Source of the DNA: Dehalococcoidia bacterium
GTDB taxonomy: Bacteria; Chloroflexota; Dehalococcoidia; Lucifugimonadales; UBA3495
Assembly (NCBI GenBank): GCA_965220245.1
Contig: CBDCPI010000008.1
Location: forward strand, 198,412-262,411
Direction: 5' to 3'
DNA: 64,000 bases
Part shown: positions 36,814-45,981 of the stretch, piece by piece
Numbering within the stretch: the first letter of the stretch is position 1
Layout of the letters: the number at the start of each line of letters is the position of its first letter
Position numbers and translations under genes: made by a program
The notes under the pieces: generated by a model
What the model saw: the letters and a program-made list of their open reading frames with translations, nothing else
The model's database searches: none
What the model was told of the DNA's origin: nothing

Positions 36814-37104
36814 TTAGTGGAACGGGCAGGCTTTTAGGAAAGCATTGCCCCACCAGCTAGCGTCTTGTTCGGTCCCGGCGCCCTCGTCATCGGTGCTCCC
36901 CGGCAGGTCCGTTTTAGCCTGGCCGGACTCACCCGTTTCACTACCGGGCGCGACCGTCGCGCCAGCGAACCCGAAGTACAGGCCCCGGTCTTCATCGCTG
37001 ACCGCAGCAGCGGCAGCCCAAGCGCCAAAGAAGATAATCAGGAACACTACCACGGACACCACCACCAGAAAGGTGGCGGGTACTGGCAGCCGGCGAATAA
37101 TCAA
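36814..37104 (-). CDS. small N-terminally anchored membrane protein
   Basis: 96 aa. The start codon directly abuts the stop of the upstream sulfite-oxidase-like gene. It has one TM segment, an acidic linker, and the C-terminal WWGNAFLKACPFH. Confidence 0.45.
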   Translation of the reverse strand: MIIRRLPVPATFLVVVSVVVFLIIFFGAWAAAAAVSDEDRGLYFGFAGATVAPGSETGESGQAKTDLPGSTDDEGAGTEQDASWWGNAFLKACPFH

Positions 37105-38211
37105 CTAGCTCACCTCTACATCTAGGGGGAACACCATGTTGTTCCCGTACCCGCGCCCGTCCCACTTGTTGGGGAACTCCATCGGCTGGGTTTCTCCCTT
37201 ATTGTTGGTGGCCCGGGACATCAGTGTGTAGCGGCCCGGACCGGAGGGTTGCCACCGGTACTCCCAACGATACCACGAATAGCCGGAATTGGGGTGCAGT
37301 ACGTCGACCGGACTCCAAGACTGTCCCCCATCGGTGCTGATATCGACCTTCACCACCTGGTCCTCGCCGGACCAAGCCGCCCCGGCCAAAGTGTAGCCGC
37401 TGGCGGGGATAACTTCCCCGGGCGCCGGGTTGGTGATGATGGACTTGACCCTCATCTTGGTGATGTAGGTGTAGGGGATTGGCGATCCCGGCTCATTGGC
37501 AGTCATGTACCGTTCGGTCATGTAGAAGCCTTTGAACTCGTGGTCCAAGACGTGAATTCCCACCAGCCACTTAACCGAATTCATGCCGTACCAGCCCGAC
37601 ACCAGCAAGCGCAGCGGAAAGCCGTGCTGTTGCGGCAGAGGCTCCCCGTTCATTTCGTAAGCCAGCAGCGTGTCGGGGTGGGTCGCTTTGGCTATGGGAA
37701 GGCTGCGTTCATAGGTGACCTCGGACGGGTCTCCCACCACTTCGTCGGGACCGTGGTCGGCCCCCTCAAACATCACCTCCACCGCCGAGGACTTCACCCC
37801 GGCTTTGGCCAGCACGTCGGCCAAAGAGACGCCGGCCCACTCGGCGTTGCCCATAATCCCGTGGCCTTTGATTTGCTCCATCGCCGCGTTGATGCGCAGC
37901 GACTTGGTGTAGTATTCCGGGACCGGGCTGTTGCCGCAGCACTCGAAAGTTACCTGGAACCGCTTTTGGGGCAGTTCCTTCAGCTCCGCGTAAGAGAGGC
38001 TCAGCGGCCGCTCCACTTCACCGTCTACCACCAGCCGGTAGCTGTCGGCGTCGATTTGGGGAGAGTCTTTCCAGTGGTTCCGGACGTAGTACAGGTCGTT
38101 GGGAACGATGTTCTCCTGAAGCACTTGGGGAGGCGTGGCAAACGTCCGCAGCCCGACGTTGGTGGGAATAAGCTGGGGCTTGACCTTCGTCACGACTTGT
38201 TGAGTTGCCAT
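37105..38211 (-). CDS. sulfite oxidase-family molybdopterin oxidoreductase (with Mo-co dimerisation domain)
   Basis: 368 aa with the Moco-Cys motif VTFECCGNS, the GFPLRLLVSGWYGMNSVKWL block, and a C-terminal Ig-like domain. I see no signal peptide. Confidence 0.85.
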   Translation of the reverse strand: MATQQVVTKVKPQLIPTNVGLRTFATPPQVLQENIVPNDLYYVRNHWKDSPQIDADSYRLVVDGEVERPLSLSYAELKELPQKRFQVTFECCGNSPVPEYYTKSLRINAAMEQIKGHGIMGNAEWAGVSLADVLAKAGVKSSAVEVMFEGADHGPDEVVGDPSEVTYERSLPIAKATHPDTLLAYEMNGEPLPQQHGFPLRLLVSGWYGMNSVKWLVGIHVLDHEFKGFYMTERYMTANEPGSPIPYTYITKMRVKSIITNPAPGEVIPASGYTLAGAAWSGEDQVVKVDISTDGGQSWSPVDVLHPNSGYSWYRWEYRWQPSGPGRYTLMSRATNNKGETQPMEFPNKWDGRGYGNNMVFPLDVEVS

Positions 38212-38239
38212 AAGGTCCTCCTAAACTAATCTAAGTTGA

Positions 38240-38590
38240 CTATTCCAAAAAGTCGGTGTCCAGCTCACCCGCAGGATAGGTGACCATGAACTGCGCCGGG
38301 ACCCAGAGGGAGTTTATCAATTTGTGGGGCGTGCCCGGAGGGGCCAGCAAGGTGCAGCCGGAACGAACTGTGCTTACCTCGTCCCCCAGTACCACTTGGA
38401 CCGCCCCGCCGGTTACCGTGATAGCCATATCCACGGGATGGGTATGCAAGCGGCCCGCGTAACCGGGATGGAGCTCTACTTCCTTGATGGTCAACGAAGC
38501 AGCGCCAACCTCAGCCGATACCAGGGTCCGTTCGCAATGCCGCTCTATTACCGGCGGCATCGGGACCTCGGTGTGCTCGATTATGGGCAT
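38240..38590 (-). CDS. cupin-domain protein
   Basis: 116 aa with the cupin motif GYAGRLHTHPVD....GG....LGD. Confidence 0.7.
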   Translation of the reverse strand: MPIIEHTEVPMPPVIERHCERTLVSAEVGAASLTIKEVELHPGYAGRLHTHPVDMAITVTGGAVQVVLGDEVSTVRSGCTLLAPPGTPHKLINSLWVPAQFMVTYPAGELDTDFLE

Positions 38591-38652
38591 CGCTTCCTCC
38601 CGGGGCCTGTCAACTCCGGCCCTTACCTAGACGCCGGGTCACCTTGGCGCTT

Positions 38653-39846
38653 CTATTCTACAGTAATGTCGTAGCCGACGATGGCGCTGAAATTCTTCCG
38701 CATATTATTATACCGGGGCTCGCGGGACTGTACCCGCCCGGCGGCGTCGGTTGCCCGCGACATCACACTGTACTTGCCGGGCGTTGCAGCCTCCCATACA
38801 TAAGACCAGCGGACCCACATCCACCGGTCAATGGGCTCTTCCAAGCGGGCAGAATGCCAAGTGTCGCCGCCGTCGACGCTAACCTCCACTTGGGTGATGG
38901 TCCCGCCGCCGCTCCAAGCGTAACCACGCACTACGTGTTGGCCCTTTGGCAGCGTGGCGGTGTTGTCGTTGGGCTGGGTGACTATGGACTTGACCCCAAT
39001 AGTGGTGATCAACTCTTTGTTGGGGTCGTCGGGCGAGTCCCCGTAGTAGTAGAAGTTGTAGTGGTACCAGCAGTCGGGCTCGTGGTCTAAAACCTCCAGC
39101 TTCCACAGCCACTTCACCGACCAGTTTCCGGACCATCCGGGGACCAGCAAGCGTACCGGAGCGCCGTGCAAGTGCTCCAAACGCTTTCCGTTTTGGGCTA
39201 CCGCCAGGAGGGTGTCGGGATGGAGCGCCTTCTCTATGGGCAAGCCCTTGTCGTAGAAGAAGGGATCGGTGCCGGGTTCCGCCGTGGCGGGGACGCCCTT
39301 GTCCCACCCTTCGGCCCGGACGTGGGTGGCCCTACCGGTAAGGCCGACGTCGTTCAATACCGCTGCCAAGGGAACGCCCGTCCATTCGCTGGCGCTGAGA
39401 ATCATGCACTCTTGGGTCCGGGAAGGTTTCGATCCTTCCCCTTTGAAATACTCAAAGTAGGTGGCGTCGCTGCCGGAACATTCCATGACGGTCCGGACCG
39501 TGCGGCCGGGATAACGCCGCAACTGGTCGTAGGTAAGCTCCAGCGGCTGCTTCACCTCACCGGTTACGGTGAGGGCCCACCTCTCCGGGGGGACCACATC
39601 CGGCACCGCGAAGTGTTGGACCACATAATGGAGTTCAGTGGGGGTCATGAGACCCTCCAACTCGGTTACCGGGGCGCGGACCCTCGTGGTCCGCCCGTCT
39701 TCGTCCAACAGAGTAACGGCCTGCAACTCCTTGCTGGGCCAACCGTACCAACTGCCTCCTCCGGAACGGCCGGGGTTCCAAGGATCGCCTTTCGGGCCCT
39801 CCATGCGCAGAAAGTCGGGGGTGGCGCTTTCTTGCTGCGTGGCCAT
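38653..39846 (-). CDS. sulfite oxidase-family molybdopterin oxidoreductase, paralog
   Basis: 397 aa with the Moco-Cys motif VMECSGSD, the GAPVRLLVPGWSGNWSVKWL block, and a C-terminal dimerisation domain. I see no signal peptide. Confidence 0.85.
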   Translation of the reverse strand: MATQQESATPDFLRMEGPKGDPWNPGRSGGGSWYGWPSKELQAVTLLDEDGRTTRVRAPVTELEGLMTPTELHYVVQHFAVPDVVPPERWALTVTGEVKQPLELTYDQLRRYPGRTVRTVMECSGSDATYFEYFKGEGSKPSRTQECMILSASEWTGVPLAAVLNDVGLTGRATHVRAEGWDKGVPATAEPGTDPFFYDKGLPIEKALHPDTLLAVAQNGKRLEHLHGAPVRLLVPGWSGNWSVKWLWKLEVLDHEPDCWYHYNFYYYGDSPDDPNKELITTIGVKSIVTQPNDNTATLPKGQHVVRGYAWSGGGTITQVEVSVDGGDTWHSARLEEPIDRWMWVRWSYVWEAATPGKYSVMSRATDAAGRVQSREPRYNNMRKNFSAIVGYDITVE

Positions 39847-39931
39847 GGATTGTCCCTCCCTATCTTGTTTTGCTGCGCCCCACGGGCCAGACTTGATGAT
39901 GGGTTACCGGGGTTAAACCAACTACGGGAAG

Positions 39932-41512
39932 CTAGTCCGCAGCGTATTTTTCACCCAGCGCGGTCTCCCATCGCAGGTAGTTCATCATCTCGGCGGGATT
40001 TCGGTCGACGCCCAAAATCACCACGTCGGTTGGTGGCGCCATAACGCCGGTGAGGCCGGTTTCCACTTCCAGCCCGGTCTGGGACCAAGCCGCCATGCCT
40101 CCCTCGAGCACCACAACGTGCTGGTAACCAAGGTCATTGAGGCTGGCGCCGGCTAGGACCGAAACCTCGCCGTTCGAGCAGGTAACGCCGATGGGCTCGG
40201 ACTTCGATGGGGCTAGGCCTTCAACCTGGAACTCCAACCATCCTCTAGGCGTCCAGTGGGAACCGGGCAGGTGTCTTCGAGCGAAGTCTTGGCTGCTGTC
40301 AACGAACAAGACAGTGGCAGGCTTGCTGGCTCGAAACTCGCTTGGGGAAAGCACTTGGACTTTGCCCAAGGCCTCTGCTTGGTTTTCCGCAGTTTCGCTC
40401 ACTATGCCTTGGTCAAGCCGGAGCCCCGCCCCGGCCCAAGCGCCGGTCCCGCCTTCCAATACGTATACTTCTTGGTGGCCCAACTGCCGGTACCAAGAGC
40501 CGGCGAAGGTGGCCCGGGCGATGCCGTCGCAGCAGAAGACCACGGTGCTGTTATGCACCACCGCCACATCATCATAGCGCTGCACCGCTTGGCCTCCGGG
40601 AAACCAGCGGAATCCCGGTATATGTCCCGACGCGAACTCCTCTTGAGTCCGCACATCGACCAAGTAGATGCTTTTCCGGTCTCGTTCCTCAAGCAACTGC
40701 CGCAGGGCGGAAACGTCCAAGTAACGCACGCCGTCTTCGGCGGCAAGTTTGGCGGCGTAAGCCTCGGCGGCGGTCAAGCCTTCGGCCGAGGGCTCGGGGA
40801 GATTCAACCGGCCGGCGCCGCGCTCGACTGGGTATCCGGCCAGCACCCATCCTGAGGTGCCGTTTTTCAACCCCAAGGCGTTGGTAAACCCCATCCGCTG
40901 CAACACCCGGGTGCCGATGATGCTCCGGGTGCGCCCGGCGCAGTTGATCACCACGGTAGTATCCGGGTCGAGGTCTTTAACCACGTCGGTAATACGCAGG
41001 GCCAATTCCCCACCGGGCATACTCCGGCCGCCGGGGATGCAAAACCTTTGGTACTCTTCCGGGGTCCGCGTGTCCAGGATGACCACCTTATCACCCCGGT
41101 CCAAGCGGCTCTGTAACTCGGGCGCGTCGATTTCCGGAACATGGTGGACCACTTCCATCTTCTCGCCGAAGTCCTTGCTGGGCACGTTGGTGCCCCACTC
41201 GGTGGGGTAATCCAAGGTGGTCCAGCGGTTGATGCCACCGTCCAGCACCGACACTTGACTATAGCCTAGGCGCTCCAAGGTATCGGCGGCGGCAGCGGCA
41301 CGCCGCCCGTCATCGTCGCAAACGACCACTTTCGCGCCCTTGAAAGGCACAGCGGGTCCTATCTGGAACTCCAGACGACGCCGAGGTATCAAACTTGACC
41401 CCGGAATGTGGGAACTGTTGTACTCCCCGGCTTCCCGAACGTCGATTAACGCGAATTCGGAATCTCCGTCAAATAAACTTTTCAGGACCTCCGCGGATGT
41501 CCTCTCGGCCAT
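39932..41512 (-). CDS. four-domain rhodanese-like sulfurtransferase
   Basis: 526 aa with four rhodanese repeats. Each has a Cys loop: VVCDDDGRRA, INCAGRTRS, FCCDGIARA, VTCSNGEVS. Confidence 0.85.
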   Translation of the reverse strand: MAERTSAEVLKSLFDGDSEFALIDVREAGEYNSSHIPGSSLIPRRRLEFQIGPAVPFKGAKVVVCDDDGRRAAAAADTLERLGYSQVSVLDGGINRWTTLDYPTEWGTNVPSKDFGEKMEVVHHVPEIDAPELQSRLDRGDKVVILDTRTPEEYQRFCIPGGRSMPGGELALRITDVVKDLDPDTTVVINCAGRTRSIIGTRVLQRMGFTNALGLKNGTSGWVLAGYPVERGAGRLNLPEPSAEGLTAAEAYAAKLAAEDGVRYLDVSALRQLLEERDRKSIYLVDVRTQEEFASGHIPGFRWFPGGQAVQRYDDVAVVHNSTVVFCCDGIARATFAGSWYRQLGHQEVYVLEGGTGAWAGAGLRLDQGIVSETAENQAEALGKVQVLSPSEFRASKPATVLFVDSSQDFARRHLPGSHWTPRGWLEFQVEGLAPSKSEPIGVTCSNGEVSVLAGASLNDLGYQHVVVLEGGMAAWSQTGLEVETGLTGVMAPPTDVVILGVDRNPAEMMNYLRWETALGEKYAAD

Positions 41513-41587
41513 CTCCGGCCTCTCCTAGAAGTATGAATCTGGCCCACGGCTTACTGATACGTGAATAAGTTTCTAAACTGTCTCATA

Positions 41588-41745
41588 CCCTGTCATTCCG
41601 GCGAAGGCCGGAATCTAGGACCGTTCTCTACCAGCTACGCCTGTCCTGAGCTTGGCGAAGGGTTCTTTGTCCTCAGAATTTCCGGATTCCGGCTCAAGGC
41701 CGGCCCTTCGGCAAGCTCAGGAGACGAGGACTGGATTAGGTAATT
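41588..41745. repeat. composite REP cluster
   Basis: It contains TGTCATTCCGGCGAAGGCCGGAATC and GGATTCCGGCTCAAGGCCGG hairpins, plus two copies (one on each strand) of the CCCTTCGNCAAGCTCAGGA motif. Confidence 0.75.
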
Positions 41746-41757
41746 GTTCACGCATCA

Positions 41758-42342
41758 TTAACAGTTGTCGTATTTCCCGGACTTGAAGGAGATTATCTTG
41801 CCGGTCTCCAAATCGTACCTCGCCCGGTCGATGCCTCTAAGGTCGCTGCCGTACACGTGAATCTCGCAGGTGGGCCGGTCGGTGAAGTTGTCCATCTCGT
41901 GGATTTCATCCACATCCGGGATGAGGAAGGTAATCTCCCCGGGTTTGAAGTTGGCGCTGCGGTCCTTCTCCAGTTGAGCATAGCCGTCCCGGGAATGGTC
42001 ATCAACCCGTTGGTAACGAGTCTCGGTCAAGGTGTTGTCCAGAATTCCGACCATGCCCCAAGTGCGGTGGTCATGGGGCCCCAAGTGTTCCCCGGCTCCC
42101 CACACCACGGCGGTGACCGAGAGCCCGCTCTCGCTTTGATACAGGAGGTAAGTGCCGTGGTTGGGCCGCCTACCGTTGGCGGCAGGTACGCGATATTCGG
42201 GATGAATGCTGCGAGGATCGGCGATTAGCCTCCCCAGCCAAGAGGACCCGGTGTCAAATATCTTTTGGGAGTCGGGCTGAGTGACTAGCAGGGCCTCCAT
42301 GTCATGGACGAAGTCGTCAAGGGAATACTTTACACTGGTCAT
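41758..42342 (-). CDS. cysteine dioxygenase type I-like cupin (thiol dioxygenase family)
   Basis: 194 aa counted from Met31 of the track ORF. The cupin metal motif is GPHDHRTWGMVGIL, with a second His in IHEMDN. Confidence 0.65.
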   Translation of the reverse strand: MTSVKYSLDDFVHDMEALLVTQPDSQKIFDTGSSWLGRLIADPRSIHPEYRVPAANGRRPNHGTYLLYQSESGLSVTAVVWGAGEHLGPHDHRTWGMVGILDNTLTETRYQRVDDHSRDGYAQLEKDRSANFKPGEITFLIPDVDEIHEMDNFTDRPTCEIHVYGSDLRGIDRARYDLETGKIISFKSGKYDNC

Positions 42343-42501
42343 AGCTCTCTTTTTGACTCCCCGAAGCCTTGTTGACCTCTTGAAGGTCCGGCGCCCAAAT
42401 TCCGGGGCCTTCTCCAGCCCCCGGTTGCGCAAGATGCAGCATAGACATGAAAAACCGAGGCTATTATCAATTTGGAGGTGTTCAGTGTCAAGTAACTGCG
42501 G

Positions 42502-44463
42502 TTAATCATTGCCGGCCGCCGCCGCTACGAGCCGTTCGGGCTGCTCCGGACAGAAGATGGCGCCGTCGCTGAAGACCACGCCGTCTTGGCAGTGAGCCTC
42601 GATGCGCCCGCCACTGAACTGCTCTGCGTACATCTTGTTATACAGGCCGCAGCGGGTCAGTAGCTCGTGGTGGCGTCCGTGGTCCACGATTCTACCCCGG
42701 TCGACCACGTAGATTACGTCGGCGGCGATAATCGTCGACAGCCGGTGGGCGATAACCAGGGTAGTACGGCCATGAATTAACGGCTGTAGCGCCGCCCGCA
42801 CGGAGCGCTCGCTGGCGGTGTCCAGCGCGGAGGTAGCCTCATCCAAGACTAAGATAGAGGGTTGGTGCAGAATTACCCGGGCGATGGAGAGTCGCTGCCT
42901 TTCGCCGCCGGATAGCCGGAACCCGCGTTCACCCACCACCGTGTCGTAACCCTCTGGCAGTTCCATGATCCGGTCGTGGATATAAGCTGCTTTGGCTGCG
43001 CTCACCACATCTTCGTGGGTGGCCTCGGGCCTGGAGTAAAGCAGGTTCCTCTCAATACTGCCGTGGAACAGGTAGTTCTCTTGGGTAACGAAGCCGATTA
43101 CCCTCGACAGGTCGGCTAGACGCACTTCGCGGACATCGACGCCGTCGATGGAAACCGAGCCTTCAGTTGCGTCATAAAGGCGAGGCACCATGCAAGCGAT
43201 GGTCGATTTGCCAGCGCCGCTGGGACCGACGAAAGCGGCCAATTGGCCGGGCAGAATGCGGAAGCTCACCCCGTCCAAGGTCCACTGGATGGTCGGCTGC
43301 GCTCCTTCATTGCCCATGCCACCCGTGCCTGGCAGCCAATTGCCCACTCGTACTGAATCGAAAGCGATCTCGCCGGAAATGTTGCTCTGCTCCAGAGGTC
43401 TGGCGCTGGGGGAATCGACTATCTCCGGTTGCAGGTCCAAGTATTCAAAAATCCGTTCGAACAAGGCCAGCGACGACTGTAGCTCAACCGAGACTTGGAG
43501 AAGTCTTTCCACCGGGTTATACAGCCGGCTTTGCAGGGCAGTGAAGGCGATGATGGTGCCAGCGGTGACGATGGATGCGCCGCCCCAAGACATTAGATAC
43601 CCGGCCAATAGATAGACTAGGGCCGGGGAGATGGTGAGAAAGGTCGTTGCCGCCATAGAAAAAGAGTAAGCGATCATCTCCTGCCGCACCGCCAAGTCAG
43701 AGAGTTGCTGGTTGTGGCGGTGAAAATGGTGCAACTCCCCGTGTTGCCGGCCAAAGAGCTTGGCCAACATGATGCCCGAAACCGAGAGAGTTTCCTGGGT
43801 GACTGCGGTTACTTGGGCCATCGACCGTTGAGCGTCGGCCATTACTTCCCTCCGCCGTCGGCCAACCCGCGTGGTTAGTATGAAAAAGAAGGGCAACATG
43901 GCGAGGGCGACCAAAGTAAACTGCCACGACAGGATGGCCATGGCGATGACGGTGCTCACGATGATGACTATGCTGGAGACCGTATCGGTTAGGGTGTTGC
44001 TGACTACCGACTGAATGCCGCTGACGTCGTTAGAGACCCGGGACTGAATTTCCCCGGTGCGGGTGCCGGTGAAGAACCTCAGGGACATCCCCTGCAGGTG
44101 CGCGTAGACCGCATCTTGCAGGTCTCCCATCACGTTCTGCCCCATTTTGTGGGTGATGTAAGCTTGGACCCCGCCCATTACCCCATTGACGATAGCAATG
44201 GCGGCCATTGCGCCGACCAATACCCACAGGAGCATCATGTTGGGCGGTCCGGCGTTGGGGAACAGCGCGGAGTCGAAAACGGCCTTGACCAATACCGGGG
44301 TTACTGCCCCCAGACCGGCCGTCACTAGGATCAGGAGGCCAGCGGCGGCCACTTGCGGCCAATAGGGCCGAAAAAGCCGGACCGCCCGGAGCAGTGGACG
44401 CTGCCGGGCGGCCGGCTTGATGGATGCCGGAGGTTGAAGGTCGGCGGGTGTTGGCGCGGCCAT
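42502..44463 (-). CDS. ABC exporter, fused permease/ATPase (MsbA-like)
   Basis: 653 aa with six N-terminal TM segments, Walker A GPSGAGKST, signature LSGGERQRLSIAR and Walker B ILVLDEATSALD. Confidence 0.9.
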   Translation of the reverse strand: MAAPTPADLQPPASIKPAARQRPLLRAVRLFRPYWPQVAAAGLLILVTAGLGAVTPVLVKAVFDSALFPNAGPPNMMLLWVLVGAMAAIAIVNGVMGGVQAYITHKMGQNVMGDLQDAVYAHLQGMSLRFFTGTRTGEIQSRVSNDVSGIQSVVSNTLTDTVSSIVIIVSTVIAMAILSWQFTLVALAMLPFFFILTTRVGRRRREVMADAQRSMAQVTAVTQETLSVSGIMLAKLFGRQHGELHHFHRHNQQLSDLAVRQEMIAYSFSMAATTFLTISPALVYLLAGYLMSWGGASIVTAGTIIAFTALQSRLYNPVERLLQVSVELQSSLALFERIFEYLDLQPEIVDSPSARPLEQSNISGEIAFDSVRVGNWLPGTGGMGNEGAQPTIQWTLDGVSFRILPGQLAAFVGPSGAGKSTIACMVPRLYDATEGSVSIDGVDVREVRLADLSRVIGFVTQENYLFHGSIERNLLYSRPEATHEDVVSAAKAAYIHDRIMELPEGYDTVVGERGFRLSGGERQRLSIARVILHQPSILVLDEATSALDTASERSVRAALQPLIHGRTTLVIAHRLSTIIAADVIYVVDRGRIVDHGRHHELLTRCGLYNKMYAEQFSGGRIEAHCQDGVVFSDGAIFCPEQPERLVAAAAGND

Positions 44464-44487
44464 GAACCTATTCCAGCACGGCGTTAG

Positions 44488-45945
44488 TATTACAACGACG
44501 GTTCAAGGAGGGACGTGTGGGGAGGCACGAAGGGCGGCTCGACGCTTGGCATGGGAGTGTCTGGCCCGCTCGTTGCATTCTTGCGTCTCCTCCAGCCACC
44601 GCAGCAGTTCAGCCGGCCCGAACCGTTCCCGGGGCAGCATCTCCCGCACCACCCGGTAGACCTGCGGTCTCGTGATCCGGGGCATCTTTTCCCCCCCAAG
44701 CCTGTTGCAGGCTCAGGAGAAACGCTCCGCCCAGCAGGCACAGGGCGACGTGATGATGCCATCCCGCCCAGGTGCGGGTCTCGTACTCGTCCAGCCCCAC
44801 GTTGCTCTTTTCCGTCTCGAACTCCGTTTCTATGCGCCACCGGGAGCCACCCACGTATGCCAGGGTCTCCAGGGGAGTATCCTCCGGATCGTTGGACAGG
44901 TAGTAGCGGGGCTCGCTGCCGTCCAGGTTCCGGCGGTAAATGGCCCAGTGGATTTCGCCAGGCTTCCGCCTGCTGGTTGGACGCACCCTCTGAGCGCTGA
45001 ACAGGTAGCTGCGGGGACCCTGGCTTCCCTCGGCCACCGTAATCTCACGCCAGGCCTCCTCCGGCAATTCATCGCTGCGCTGCTCCATGGTCCGGCGCTG
45101 ACCGTCTCGCAACTTGGGTTTGCGGGGACGCCCGAATCCCTGATGCTCCGGCCTGGTCCAGGCTGGCTCCAGCGGCCAGACCGTGGTGCCGCCGGGAACG
45201 TCCAGCACGTAGCGCATCCCCAGCGCCGCCAGTCCCTCACGGAAGGACGGCGACATCCCGAAGGCGTCGTCCCCCGCAACCCATCCGGCCCTCAGATGTC
45301 CCCGCTCCAAGGCCCGCTCCACCATCTTCAGCGCCAATTGGGTCTTCGACTGGTAGCCCTGCCTCTCCTCCGGAACCCCCGCCGCCTCACACCGGTCTTG
45401 GTCCGAGGTCCAGCTCTCCGGCAGATAAAGCCGTTTGTCCACCAGGGCCCGTCCCAGCGGGCTGACGTAGGCGAGGAACATTCCGGCCTGGCAGCTGGCC
45501 ACCTTGCCCAGCCTCCCGCAATACTGACGGGCCACTCCCACGGACTTCCTGCCCTGCTTCGGGAAGTCGCTGCCGTCCAGCACCCACACCGCATCCGGAT
45601 GTCCCAGCCGGGGTCCCAAGTACTCTTGAAGGCGTCCTATGACTGTGTCGTCATCCCAGGGGGATTCAGCGAGAAACCGCTGCATCACCCTGGCTGACGC
45701 CGGAACCGTCTCCGACAGATTCTCGGCGTTGCGCCGCTCCCCGGACTGTACCAGGAGAGCCTGGAGGTAATGGCGGCTGTGGTCCCGCGCTTCCCTGCGG
45801 CCAAACAGCGGAGCGAAGTAAGCGTGAAAATCCTGAAAGGTCCCGTACACCTGCTCGAAAACCGCAGCATCCACTTCCCTGCCTCACTTGCCCAAGCCTT
45901 CCCCAACTACCCCGTCATCCTAGCATCCCAACCGTCGTTGTAATA
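44488..45945 (-). mobile_element. IS701-family insertion sequence with 4-bp TTAG target-site duplication
   Basis: It has perfect 16-bp inverted repeats TATTACAACGACGGTT (44488-44503 and 45930-45945). TTAG flanks it on both sides (44484-44487 and 45946-45949). Confidence 0.85.
44503..45874 (-). CDS. IS701-family DDE transposase, frame broken at a C7/G7 homopolymer
   Basis: The main ORF 44609-45874 has the block RHYLQALLVQSGERRNAENLSE. The conserved C-terminal end KMPRITRPQVYRVVREML continues in another frame (44503-44685). The frame switch coincides with the C7 run at 44701-44707. Confidence 0.8.
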
Positions 45946-45981
45946 TTAGGGGCCTTCTTCCTTATCTGATGCCTCCTCAAG

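Noticed and set aside
42502-44463. An apparent ~15-residue insertion (GNWLPGTGGMGNEGAQPTIQW) before the Walker A region of the ABC exporter.
   Set aside because: Loop-length variation at this position of ABC ATPase domains is common. I cannot judge its significance without an alignment.
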